The notes under the pieces are model-generated. The model had not been told where the DNA came from and did no database searches. It saw nothing but the letters and a program-made list of their open reading frames with translations. A program made the translations under genes and the position numbers. A stretch of 64,000 nt of DNA from Ylistrum balloti (lineage: Eukaryota): the NCBI RefSeq assembly GCF_031769215.1, contig NW_026782031.1:1-64000 (forward strand), in the 5' to 3' direction. Shown here one piece after another: positions 12,062 through 23,126 of the stretch; within the stretch, counting starts at the first letter, position 1, and the number at the start of each line of letters is the position of its first letter.

Positions 12062-12104
12062 TGACGTCACAAATGGACCAATGTAATAAACCATGATGAC
12101 GTCA
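12062..12104. promoter_or_regulatory. Pair of perfect CRE palindromes (TGACGTCA) upstream of copy B
   Basis: TGACGTCA at 12062-12069 and 12097-12104; the spacer differs from copy A but both sites are intact. Confidence 0.5.
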
Positions 12105-12474
12105 TATTTTTTTTCTGTGTCGCACAATAGACAGCTAACATGACAAGTGTGTTTCTCCTTCTCTCTTTTTTCTTTGTTCTTTGATGAAGACGGGGAACTG
12201 TTTCGGGAAGTCTCCCCGCTCGCACCCGACACAGACCTGGTCATTTGGTGGGTCTATTTCAATAGCAAAGACATATTTAGGAGTATTGTTGAAGACTTCT
12301 CAAAAAACGATAATGTTTCCGTTTTCATTGGTATTTTAATATTCTAAAGCTGTAATGGTAATGGATCATACTAAAACCCGTGTTAGCAATACCTGACCTT
12401 GCAGACATCCTGAAATATACCGAAAAATTGTCATAAATGACCCAACGAGCAAGGCTCTGAATGTAGATATGATC

Positions 12475-12530
12475 TGTCTATCTGTCTGTCTGTCTGTCTA
12501 TCTGTCTGACTATTTTTTTTTTTTTTTTAC
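12475..12530. repeat. (TCTG/TCTA)n microsatellite followed by poly-T
   Basis: tctgtctatctgtctgtctgtctgtctatctgtctg then a T run. Confidence 0.85.
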
Positions 12531-13507
12531 TTTAACGGCACTCTTTTAATCGGGATTGATCCTGGATGTCGATAAAACCCTGTTTCAATATCGGCCAAGT
12601 ATTTCTCGAGAGGAAAATGCTGTCATTTGTTAAACACTTGATACTGGTGCTATCACTTAATCGCTATGGCATTCCCTGTGATAACGGTGTCTGTATGACA
12701 ATTAAACACCGTCAGTCACAGAAATAGCGACTCATTCAGATATCGGTTAGATGGCCGTACAGCGAATCGATCTGTAATTTAGTAGGCTACACCTGTCAAC
12801 AATACAAACAGGTGCTAACATCAGATAATTTTATATCTTAGTGTCAGACATCGTCATACAGATACAAATTAGTTCAAATTATGGCTGTCAACTCAACATG
12901 TTCTACGATGGTTTGGATGCCTTGGTATCGGAAAAAACATTGCGTGGCTGTTAAAATCATACAGAAGGATAAAATCAAATTGTGTTGAATAGGATGTCTT
13001 TGCGTCAATGTATTTGATGCAAACAGGAATCAAATCACCGTGTTGTAATCTTTACATAAAAATAACACACCGATTGTTTGAATATTTTGAGGTTGGAAAC
13101 ATTCGTACAAACAGGAAAATCAACACAGGCCTACCAACATTAACATGATTATATAAAGCTCCATTTCTTTTTTGATTGCCATCCTTGTAGTGACTAACAT
13201 GGGATAGCTTTAATGTTCAACAACTGTTTACACCGGATGTGACCTTTCGTCATGGAATAAGGTCACAGGTCGGAGGACTGAAATCTGGATGCCAACGGGT
13301 CAACTTTAAGACAACATTTATGTTTTGGTTGTCAGCTTCATATTGGATAATATTGTCGACATAGATTGGGTGTATTAATATTATCTATTTCCGGTACAGT
13401 AAACACTCCAATACGGGGTTGTGAATAATATAGTTCATACGTTCGAGGGTCGCATACTGCAATACTGACTCAAACCAACAATCGTTAGCATTAAAGTATT
13501 GTATATT

Positions 13508-14584
13508 ATGATGGCTGCTCATAAAACAGACATGGTTTGGTTAGAAATAATTGATGCTAATCCTGTTGAGAAGGTTCCAATCGCATGCGTGTGTGCTGAA
13601 GGACTGAACGGAACTATAACTTTCATCGATGAAAATGCCCAGGACATTCCTCGAGCAGATGACCAGTGCTTTCCTTTTCCAGAAAATGTCCACGAACAAA
13701 TAAAACAGATCGTTCTTATTCCAATTACAATCCTGATTCTCGGATGTAATTCAGGAGTTTTGTGTCTAATTGCGACAAACAAAATCTTCCGTACTCCAGC
13801 CTACCTTCTCATTGCAAACCTTGGCCTTGCCGATCTGACAGTCGGTGTCGTAAGCATCGGCACCATGCTTACTCAAGCTAAAGAGGAAACTCTCGACCTG
13901 TGTTTAGTTCGGATAGGATTCACAGTGGCATGTTGTGTTTCTTCGATTATCTGTCTGATGTGTATCGCCATAGAACGGTATATCGCCATCACGTATTCGC
14001 TGACGTACAGACAAACTGTTACGGCTTGCAAGGTAACTGTAGTGGTTCTCCTTTCATGGCTTGTATCGCTCGTGGTTGGATTCGCCCCTTTGATAGGATG
14101 GAAGATAGAATCATATCACTACTATTGTTCCTTTCTTTACGTCCTTCCATCTGACTACATAATATTTTTGTTTTCTTCCTGTGTTTTCCTACCAATAGTT
14201 GTAACTTTTACAATGTATGCAGTGATCTATAAGTATGCCAGACGGCACATCAAGAGAATTGAAGCCATAGAAAATCTTAACTTAGACAGAAGAAATAATA
14301 GAATTTTCAGATTTTCTCCAAGAAATTTGAGATCTCTGAAAACCTTGCTGGCAGTTTTTGGTTGTGTCATTGTCACGTGGCTGCCGTTTTTGATTGGAAC
14401 GATCACCCAGGTCATATATGGTTATACTACCTGTTTCTTAAAGGACATTGTAGGAACGCATCTTCTGTTATTGGGGTTCACAAACTCGTTCCTGAATCCA
14501 TTGATATACGCGCTGGGAACCAAGGACTTTAGAGACAAAGTCAGAGAAACGTTTGGGCGTCGCGTCAGTTTTAACTCTCCGTAA
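13508..14584 (+). CDS. Class A (rhodopsin-like) GPCR, single coding exon
   Basis: Seven hydrophobic segments with class A motifs: TM1 GCN, TM2 NLGLADL, Cys at the top of TM3, IAIERYIAI (ERY), TM4 SW, ECL2 Cys, TM5 FLP, TM6 TWLP, TM7 NSFLNPLIY. The first ATG is at 13508; the track start at 13499 is TTG. Subfamily not assignable by eye. Confidence 0.95.
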   Translation: MMAAHKTDMVWLEIIDANPVEKVPIACVCAEGLNGTITFIDENAQDIPRADDQCFPFPENVHEQIKQIVLIPITILILGCNSGVLCLIATNKIFRTPAYLLIANLGLADLTVGVVSIGTMLTQAKEETLDLCLVRIGFTVACCVSSIICLMCIAIERYIAITYSLTYRQTVTACKVTVVVLLSWLVSLVVGFAPLIGWKIESYHYYCSFLYVLPSDYIIFLFSSCVFLPIVVTFTMYAVIYKYARRHIKRIEAIENLNLDRRNNRIFRFSPRNLRSLKTLLAVFGCVIVTWLPFLIGTITQVIYGYTTCFLKDIVGTHLLLLGFTNSFLNPLIYALGTKDFRDKVRETFGRRVSFNSP

Positions 14585-15239
14585 TAAGGAGTAAATATAA
14601 GGTCACCGGGTCAACTGCAACAATCCGGAATAGTAGAGACAGTCTGGTGTTTGACTAGATGTAACTCTCCGTCACGGTAGAAACCTCCATAACATTCGGG
14701 TACCAGTTTTAAGTCTCCTAAACATAAGAAACCTTCGGGTGACGCGTCAACTACAACCCTTTCTAAGAAGGACACATTCTGACGTTGCAGCAGTTGTAAC
14801 TTTCCGTAACAGGAAAAAAGTCCAGGTGTAAATTTCCGTTTGGACTCCACGTCCATTGTAACCTTCCATATAGAAGAAGCATCACGTAAATTACTTTTAT
14901 TATTGTACGTACGTCTGTTGTTATATACAGAAACAATCCATTTCATTTATGCTATTCTTCATTTAGGATGACGAATTTTCATTTCATTAATTCTAGATCA
15001 ACAATTCCGGGGAACATTTATTTGTCATAATTACAAAATGAGATTCAGATAAAAAGCATCCCCGTAAAGACACAACAAATAGGTAAGAGGTACACTTTTT
15101 ACATTTACAATTAACTTATTGTACATGTAAGGTAAGTTTATTCTAGTGCAGGAGTTTATAAAAGTCCTCTATACGAGACTAATACACAACAAATAATGGT
15201 TTTTTCAATACATCCATCCGGTCTTGTACTTTGATGTCA

Positions 15240-15690
15240 ATGTTCGATTGTTGCTTTGTAATTCAAGCCTTTTTTTATTTACCTTTAAAACAACGTTTTC
15301 TGGCAGATCAAATTATTACAGTTCTGATTGAAAAACAGTTTTTCCTGAGCATATTTATGGGTCGTTTCGAGAATGATATTTTCGTATGTCTATGCCTGTG
15401 GCGATCTGTGGCATCTTTCCATAATGTTATAGCTTTAAAACATTCATTATGGTAAATTTGATTGCTTATTTTGTACAGTTCTATCATATTTCCCGTGATT
15501 CTCCTGGAAGCAAGCGTTGGTAGCTTAAGTTTCATCAACCTCTCGCTGTAGGCCATGTCTTTCATTCCCGGGAGGCACTTAGTTGCTTTTCTCAGGACTT
15601 CCTCTAAATTGGCAATATGTTTATGTAGGTGTGGTGCCCAAACCGGCTTATGAATATGTGGAGAGCAGTTTATAATATCTTTTGTCAAAG
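15240..15690 (-). mobile_element. 5'-truncated CR1/L2-type LINE, C-terminal end of ORF2
   Basis: VWAPHLHKHIANLEEVLRKATKCLPGMKDMAYSERLMKLKLPTLASRRITGNMIELYK...LRKNCFSIR followed by LPENVV; typical post-RT region of CR1-clade elements. Confidence 0.85.
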
Positions 15691-15970
15691 CAAATTTGAT
15701 TAATATTTTGGTTTCTTCTACGATTGCGAACATAATAAGATATTAGTCATACTCGCTTAATATGTTTGTTGGTACTGAAAATAAACCGTTAAATATCCCG
15801 AGTACTCACACTGTTTTATCTTTTGTATATCTTATCTAACATTTTACTAAATGGTGCAATATATGTACCTGGTTTTCTCTAATTGGTTCAATTTATGAAA
15901 ATGTATGTTCAATGTTTTCTTTGTGCACGTCTACAAAAGCGTTATTTTTCATCAATGAAACCAAACAAAA

Positions 15971-15975
15971 GTGTG

Positions 15976-16006
<31 letters not shown>

Positions 16007-16010
16007 TTCT
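15971..16010. repeat. (GT)n plus poly-T simple repeat
   Basis: About 10 gt dinucleotides followed by a T run. Confidence 0.9.
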
Positions 16011-18764
16011 TGTCAAATGTGACTCCCATTTCCCTATTGTGTGATTTTGCATTTCTGTATCCCAAACCTTTAGTGTTTATTCGTTATAGCAGGACCAATT
16101 CTCAATATCACAATTTTCGGGCAAGATATTGGCAACTCACAATGAATGATTTTCTAGAGATGCAGAATGATGGAGATTATGGGAAAGTTCACGATTGGTC
16201 GTCAAATAAATATGCTAATGCTTTGTATTATATTCAAGCTTGACGTGTTTGATGCTTGCTAATTTGCCTGTTGGTTCAATTGTTGTTTACGTTGTTGTCA
16301 TTTGAGACCGTGATATTACTTACTTTGATTGGCCAAGGTTTACATGGCGGGTAACGTCGATGAAGCGGAAGATGCTTATCCTTGCGGAACATCTTGTCTT
16401 ATTCTCCTTGTTCTTTGTTAAGAGTCTCACCAAATGTTAACATGTCGATATTTTCCTTGTTCATGAAACATATGCCTTTATGGAAAGAGTCGGTTGTGAA
16501 CACAAGATATAGCGACACTTCCAGGCTATGGGTTCATAAAAATGTGCGATTTTTCGCGCTGTCCATTCAGGATGTCTTTTTAGCAATACTCTATGTAAAT
16601 GTGGTACATTGTTCAACCAATAATGGCCTAAAATGACTGTCGCTTACTGTTTTAATTAAAATCAAAATGTCAGTTTGCTTGTCAGCATAAGTTGGGTATT
16701 GTGTATCATACCATGTCGCGTATGTCATGCTTTAAAATGACCAACGTTGCAAAAGTCAGGAAACCCTTAAACAGGCCTTTTGAGTCATATGAAAGTTATG
16801 CTATAGTTAACAATATTAATTTCATTTTTGGTGAAAACTCCTTTTTTTCCTTTTTGAAACGGATATGCATCTAATGTGTAGATTTCAGCGGGGCTCTTTA
16901 TTCTTGTTCTTGTATATATCATTGAAACAAAGGTGTACATCTGAAATGGAAATTATAAAAACTCGTCTGTTTAACGTTGATGTCAACATCGTCACGTTTC
17001 CGTCGCCTTACACAAAAAGGAATGATGAGTCACTTTAATAGTTATTAATGAAAATGAAACTGCATAATCAAATTTATATCAATTGAATTCACAACTTGTA
17101 AACAATTTGACAAAAAAATACAGACATGTATTACTCAGTCGTTTGTTTCTTTTGTTCCAAAGATGTTTTAAATAAACGAAAGTAGCGTTAATTTAGACAA
17201 ATTTCACTATTAAGAGAAGATACTTAATCTTCCAAAAATCTGGTCTTGTACGGTCACCTTGGTCAACGTTGAAAACTTTCGCTTTTATCTCATTAATTTT
17301 AAGACTAAAATAGGACTTTTTTTTAGTGTGTAGGTGTTTCGGATATTGTGCAAGTTGGTCCTTTTTGCTAAAAAGAATGATCTTTCATATGACGAAAAAT
17401 ACGTTTTCATGATAATCTTACAACAGATTTAAAATATAATGATGCAAAAAAGATTAGACTGGTTTCTCAAATATCACTTCATCACAAACAAACAACCATT
17501 TATATATATTTTTTTATTTTGTATAAATAAAACGTTTTACACACATAGCAAAGAACTAAATTCACACAATTAAGGCACATTGCCAACAGTACATCAAAAT
17601 AGAGGCACAGTTTTAGTAATCAACAATGACAGATTGCACGCTTGTCAATTTCATCTGAAATTACACAAATCTTTAACCTCGGCGCACCACTCTTTACATA
17701 AGAAAGAAATGAAGGCATTACGATCGAAATAAGAAATAATTGATACAAACAAGTCTTTCATTAAATAAATAATTGTAAAATTGAAAGAATGTAGTTAAAT
17801 AATTATGAACCCATTAACAAATAACAGCGTAAAATAAATTCTAAAATAGAAAATGTTGGTAAAATAATCTACGTCAACTCGATGAACTTTCAAGTAACAT
17901 AATCCAGACAGTGAAATAAATGAGGGACTCTACTCATAATGAAAGACACTGATGGATCTTTCGTGAGTCGTATTCTCAATATTTTTCGACAGAAAATTTA
18001 ACAACTCAATTAAACAATTATGTAATTAATTGACAAACACAGTGGAAAGGAAATTTACCTGTAAACCAAAACAAAGTGGTACAACAATTTATGTAGATGC
18101 CCGTTCGCAGATAACAGTTAATGTAAAATTAAAATGTAACAAATAACTATTCTTTTTATAAATTAACAAGTTAAAGAATAAGAAACAGTAGAGATAAATG
18201 GCCAATGTAACCGAAATCAACCAAACATTTTGATCAAATGACAGGAAGCAACATTTGGGAATGAACCCAGATGACCCAAACAAGAAAGTACTGAATAATA
18301 ATATTGTACGTATATTCACAATTACCACACGCTACATACCTGTAAGAGTACAACATGATTTCGTAACTGACTATATGTATCTTTTGTTTTATAAGATAAC
18401 ACAAAATGGCGGATAAAATTCTTCAAAAGTAGAAGAAAAAATTGAATTAAATTTGATAAGCTTTCAACGTAACTAGAATCGAACAAAATTAATATATAAC
18501 AAAACCGCACAAACCAAACGTTAAGGAGTAACATAACTAGCATTAAGTCGTAATGCAAATTCAAACAAGTGCAAAGATGAATGATTTTAAAACCAACTAT
18601 CATTCAGAAAATGTTTGTTAAGAATTCTTGGTCTAAGACACATATATGTATATCATTATCGAAAACGTTTTGATTTTATAAACAATAACAAGATTTTGTC
18701 AGCATGTAGAAAATATTTTGATTTTCTTGTGGAGAAAATCGATATCTGAAGACCAACAGTTCAG

Positions 18765-19415
18765 ACATCTCAACACCTGTCATCTAAATGTATAATATCT
18801 CAACACCTGTCATCTACATGTAAAATGGCACAACACCTGTCATCTACATGTAAAATGTCTCAATACCTGTCATCTACATGTAAAGTGTCACAACACCTGT
18901 CATCTACATGTATAATGTCTCAGCACCTGTAATCTACATGTATAATATCTCAACACCTGTCATCTACATGTATAATATCTCAACACCTGTCATCTACAGG
19001 TATACTGTCTAAACACTTGTCATCTACCGGTATACTGTCTCAACACCTGTCATCTACATGTATAATATCAACACCTGTCATCTACATGTATAATATCTCA
19101 ACACCTGTCATCTACAGGTATACTGTCTAAACACTTGTCATCTACAGGTATACTGTCTCAACACCTGTCATCTACATGTACCATATCTCAACACCTGTCA
19201 TCTACAGGTATACTGTCTATACACCTGTGATCTACAGGTATACTGTCTAAACACCTGTCATCTACATGTAAAATGTCTCAACACTTGTCATCTACATGTA
19301 TAATATCTCAACACCCGTCATCTACATGTAAAATGTCTCAACACTTGTCATCTACATGTAAAATGTCTCAACAGCTGTCATCTACATATAAAATGTCTCA
19401 ACACCTGTCATCTAC
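18765..19415. repeat. 30-bp minisatellite, about 22 copies
   Basis: Unit ctcaacacctgtcatctacatgtataatat with variants. Confidence 0.95.
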
Positions 19416-22369
19416 AAATATATCTTTAAACTACGAGACAAAAACGATACAAATTTAAATGTTCGCCAGTCGTTTGAGATATAATACTGTGTACACCACC
19501 ACAGTTGAATGGTCAGTATGTTAACTGAAACAACAAACTCTGATGTGCGGTGTGTTTGACTAGATGATATACATAATTTGATTTCAGAAAGTAGAATATA
19601 AATAAATGTAGAATTTGAACGATGTACAAATACCAAAAATATATCGATCTGTAAGAATTGACAGCAACTAAAATATCGATTACGTTGACGAAAACAGATT
19701 ACGTAAAACTATTCTTTACAATTCAGGGAGTGAATTGTTGTCAAATTTGGCGATTGAGTACATATATCTATAAACAATAAACAAGTTTGTATAATACAAA
19801 TTCTATCGCAAGGAAAACTGTATACGTAGCATCCGAAAATAATGGAAAGTTTGCGGTTTGAGAAAGTTATTGTATGGCAAGGCATTTTCGCACCAAAAGA
19901 CACTGACGGAATGATCAACAATCAACAGTAGCCCCAGCAAAGGAAGCCGTGTTGGAATTAAATGGTTGGATGGTTCAGGAATAGTCAATTTTTTATTTGT
20001 TACATCAGCAATAGTTATATGGTAAAGACACTGATATGTCAAAAATGTTTCAACGATAAATAATCACTTTTATTTATACTGACTTATGAGATGTATGAAG
20101 TACAACACCCCCCCCCTCCCACTCCCCTGAATTATAATTTCGGAAACATTCGCACTCCGTAAGAGAGACAATATAATTCCCATCGACCAGAAATCGTTTA
20201 GTTATAACAATAACCATTGACAATAATTCAAGAAACATTCCCTCCTCACAATGACCATACACCTTCCCTGTTAAACATATTTACCAAACAGAAGAATTAA
20301 CTTCCACCATACAACATAACAAACCTCGATCTAGTATGTCTGGAAGTACTATAAGTTGTATCACCTAATTTTCCCATTCAGAAACGATTTCAATTTACTA
20401 CAAGATCGAGAACTTGGCCACGTCTCAAAAAAGGATAAATTCAAAAATGAAGGTTTAATTTAGAAATTTTAGCAAACGTCATTACATGTTATCGTCCAAA
20501 TAACACCGAGAAATAAGAAACTTGTTGTATGTATGATAAAGTTTCCAAAAACGATTTGGCGGTTTTATCTAGATATCACATGACAATCCAGATTTTAGAT
20601 TTGAGATTAAGAATTACATAAATATCTGATAACGATACGACAATTTGAACTACATGGATCGACATCCGGTGATCTGCTACACCATCACCATTACACTGGC
20701 TCTTGAAAGGCACTTTGCCTACTCAGACCGGAAACAGGAAATGGCTATTTGTTTGTCGTGAATATAATATCCTATCCAACAGCCTTATCATGGTTATAGT
20801 CCAGATTTACCTTCTTTGCATTAAAAATGGATCCGAGTATCGATTTTTCTCATTAAAGGTATTTCTGATTTTCAGAAAAATAAAAGGCAATGCGCTAATG
20901 AAAATGAGTCCAGCCCCAATTTAAAAAAAAAATGCTTTATCAGCAGACATTCGTCAATAATAAAGTGTTCTGGTAAAAAAGAACACAACAAAGTAAAAAA
21001 CATTCTTAATTAGAAATTTGTCATGTACGCCAGAAAACACGGGCACGTGCTAAGGGAGACAACTGGTGTAGAATTTCGGATACGTTTTACCATAAAGCTG
21101 TCGATTGAATCAACAAAAGACGGGATTACTGTTTAAATGTCCATTAAAGACCAACATTCTGGGGGATTAGTAGCAATATTTTCCATTTTAGACCATAATA
21201 AACACTTTACCGGATTTAATAATAATCATTTTCAGTTCAAGTTTATCTTAAAATTGATCTGCCTAAACGTCCCTACACAAACAGGTAAACTCAGGTTATC
21301 TATACCCGTCTCTCCACTCACCATCTGTCAATGTTGATTTTCACCATTCAAAATACATCAGGTGTTTAACCAAGAGTCTTCATATATAATACCAGGAAAA
21401 TGAAAGTAACGCAGGCTACCTTATTGATTGAACTATTGTGACAAATGGTTACCTGTAAGTTGCAGACTTACAGACTATGAAATATTTAATAAATTTGGTC
21501 AATTAATTTATCACCAGGTAACTGAAATAAGTTTAGCCTTCACACATCTGAGAATACAATCAATTCTTATTGGTAAATAGAGACGACTGTTAACCAATGG
21601 AATGCTCTGTAGCTTGGCATAAAATCAAAATAATCTAAAGTGAACTTTGATTGGTTGATAAAAAAAATATAGTAATAAATGGTAATGAAGTATATTTCAA
21701 ATTAATCGGGTGCCACTATAGCCAGGTGAAAACTATTAACCCTTGATCCGGAAGTAAAATTCTTAAACTAATGAATTTGTGTTGCTGCAGGATTAGTTTG
21801 CAGCACACACAAAAAAAAAACATGGGGTTGCTCCAAGATATCAAACTGTCTGTAAGTTCTGTAATTATTATTTTACAAAAGAGGAAGACATTTCAATATT
21901 AAAAACAACATGTATATGATAACCAAGGCACCAATATCTAAGATATATAAAAGGCAGATATAACTATAATAGCTTTTTAAGCCCAGCCCTACCTTTCTCA
22001 TCAGTATGTTTGTAGTTCAATCCTGGAACTAAATCTGACAAAATAGTGTCTCATGGTAATGTAACTGAATGGATTAGATTGAAGATAAACAGCCCATCTT
22101 GTGAATAAAATACTTGTTAACCAATGAGATGCTCAGTACCTTGGTACCAAGAAAGTGTCAATACAAAGGATTCTGGTTTGTCCAACTAATGACCATTGAG
22201 ATGCCCATCAACTTTGTACCAAATAACAAATGCAATATAATGTATTCTGATTGGTAAATATGTGTGACTGTTAACCAATGGGGTTCTCTGTAACTTAGCA
22301 CAAAGTCACAATCGTCAATAACATGTTATGTGATTGATTTATAGAAATTTTAATAAACCATAAGCCAGA

Positions 22370-22850
22370 TTAAAGAGGCCCAATGCTTTTAACAGTCATC
22401 TGACTATAAATACCTATGAAATACTCCAACAGAAGTTGCAGTGGTTGGGACAATTATTGTTAAAACAATTTTTAAATGTAACAATAAAACTGACTTTATT
22501 TCTCAGTATTCATACAAATTTTAAGGTAATGGCATCTATGGAAATGGAGAAGTTTCAAAATGGTGGCCATTTTGGATTTCAGACCATGACACAAAATAAC
22601 ACTTGGTCAGGAACATCTCAGGATTGTTCAAGAAAATGTGATACCATTGTTATGTTATAAAATGCCTTCTATGTCAAACTTTTGATGCAGCCAAAAATAA
22701 CACTACTTCCAAGCAAGTTGGAGCCTATAATATTCAACCAACAGATCTTGAGAACAAGTTTGAAATGTTTATGGCATATGGCGGACGACGACAGATGAAA
22801 CACAATGAGTATAAGTCATCATGACCTTTCAGGCCAGATGGCTTGATAAA
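22370..22850 (+). mobile_element. Non-autonomous element remnant (HINE/Helentron-associated-like)
   Basis: 5' end agaggcccaatgcttttaacagtcatctga matches the start of the element at 32150; internal ggtggccattttggatttc and 3' ggacgacgacag...gtcatcatgacctttcaggccagatggcttgataaaa resemble bivalve non-autonomous Helentron-type repeats. Family assignment is from recall; boundaries approximate. Confidence 0.5.
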
Positions 22851-23126
22851 ATACTGAGCAACTTGGTATACAAATCATCTTCAATACCAGGATCTCTTAT
22901 TGGTCAACAGAGAAGCTGTGAACCAATGAGAATGCATGTTAATTACTTGGCACAGTGCCAAATAACAGCCACCAACAAAATCAGAATCTGATTGCTATGT
23001 AACAATTAACTACATGCAGATCAATTTACATATTAAACATGTCTATGTTGATGAAGGATGTTGTCGTTTGATTTCATTGGTCTATTTTTCCACCAATGAT
23101 ACTCACATCAGATATGTACCAACGGA

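Noticed and set aside
12190-12222. GC-rich hairpin (cggggaact...agtctccccg) upstream of copy B
   Set aside because: Short bulged stem, absent from copy A, no U-tract or known RNA motif.
14611-14946. 111-aa antisense ORF after the GPCR, and a possible lost GPCR C-tail
   Set aside because: No recognisable motif, all plus frames contain stops, no splice support; treated as 3' UTR.
16300-16420. Possible SINE/LINE-tail remnant (catggcggg...gatgcttatcc)
   Set aside because: Too short and degenerate to support a call.
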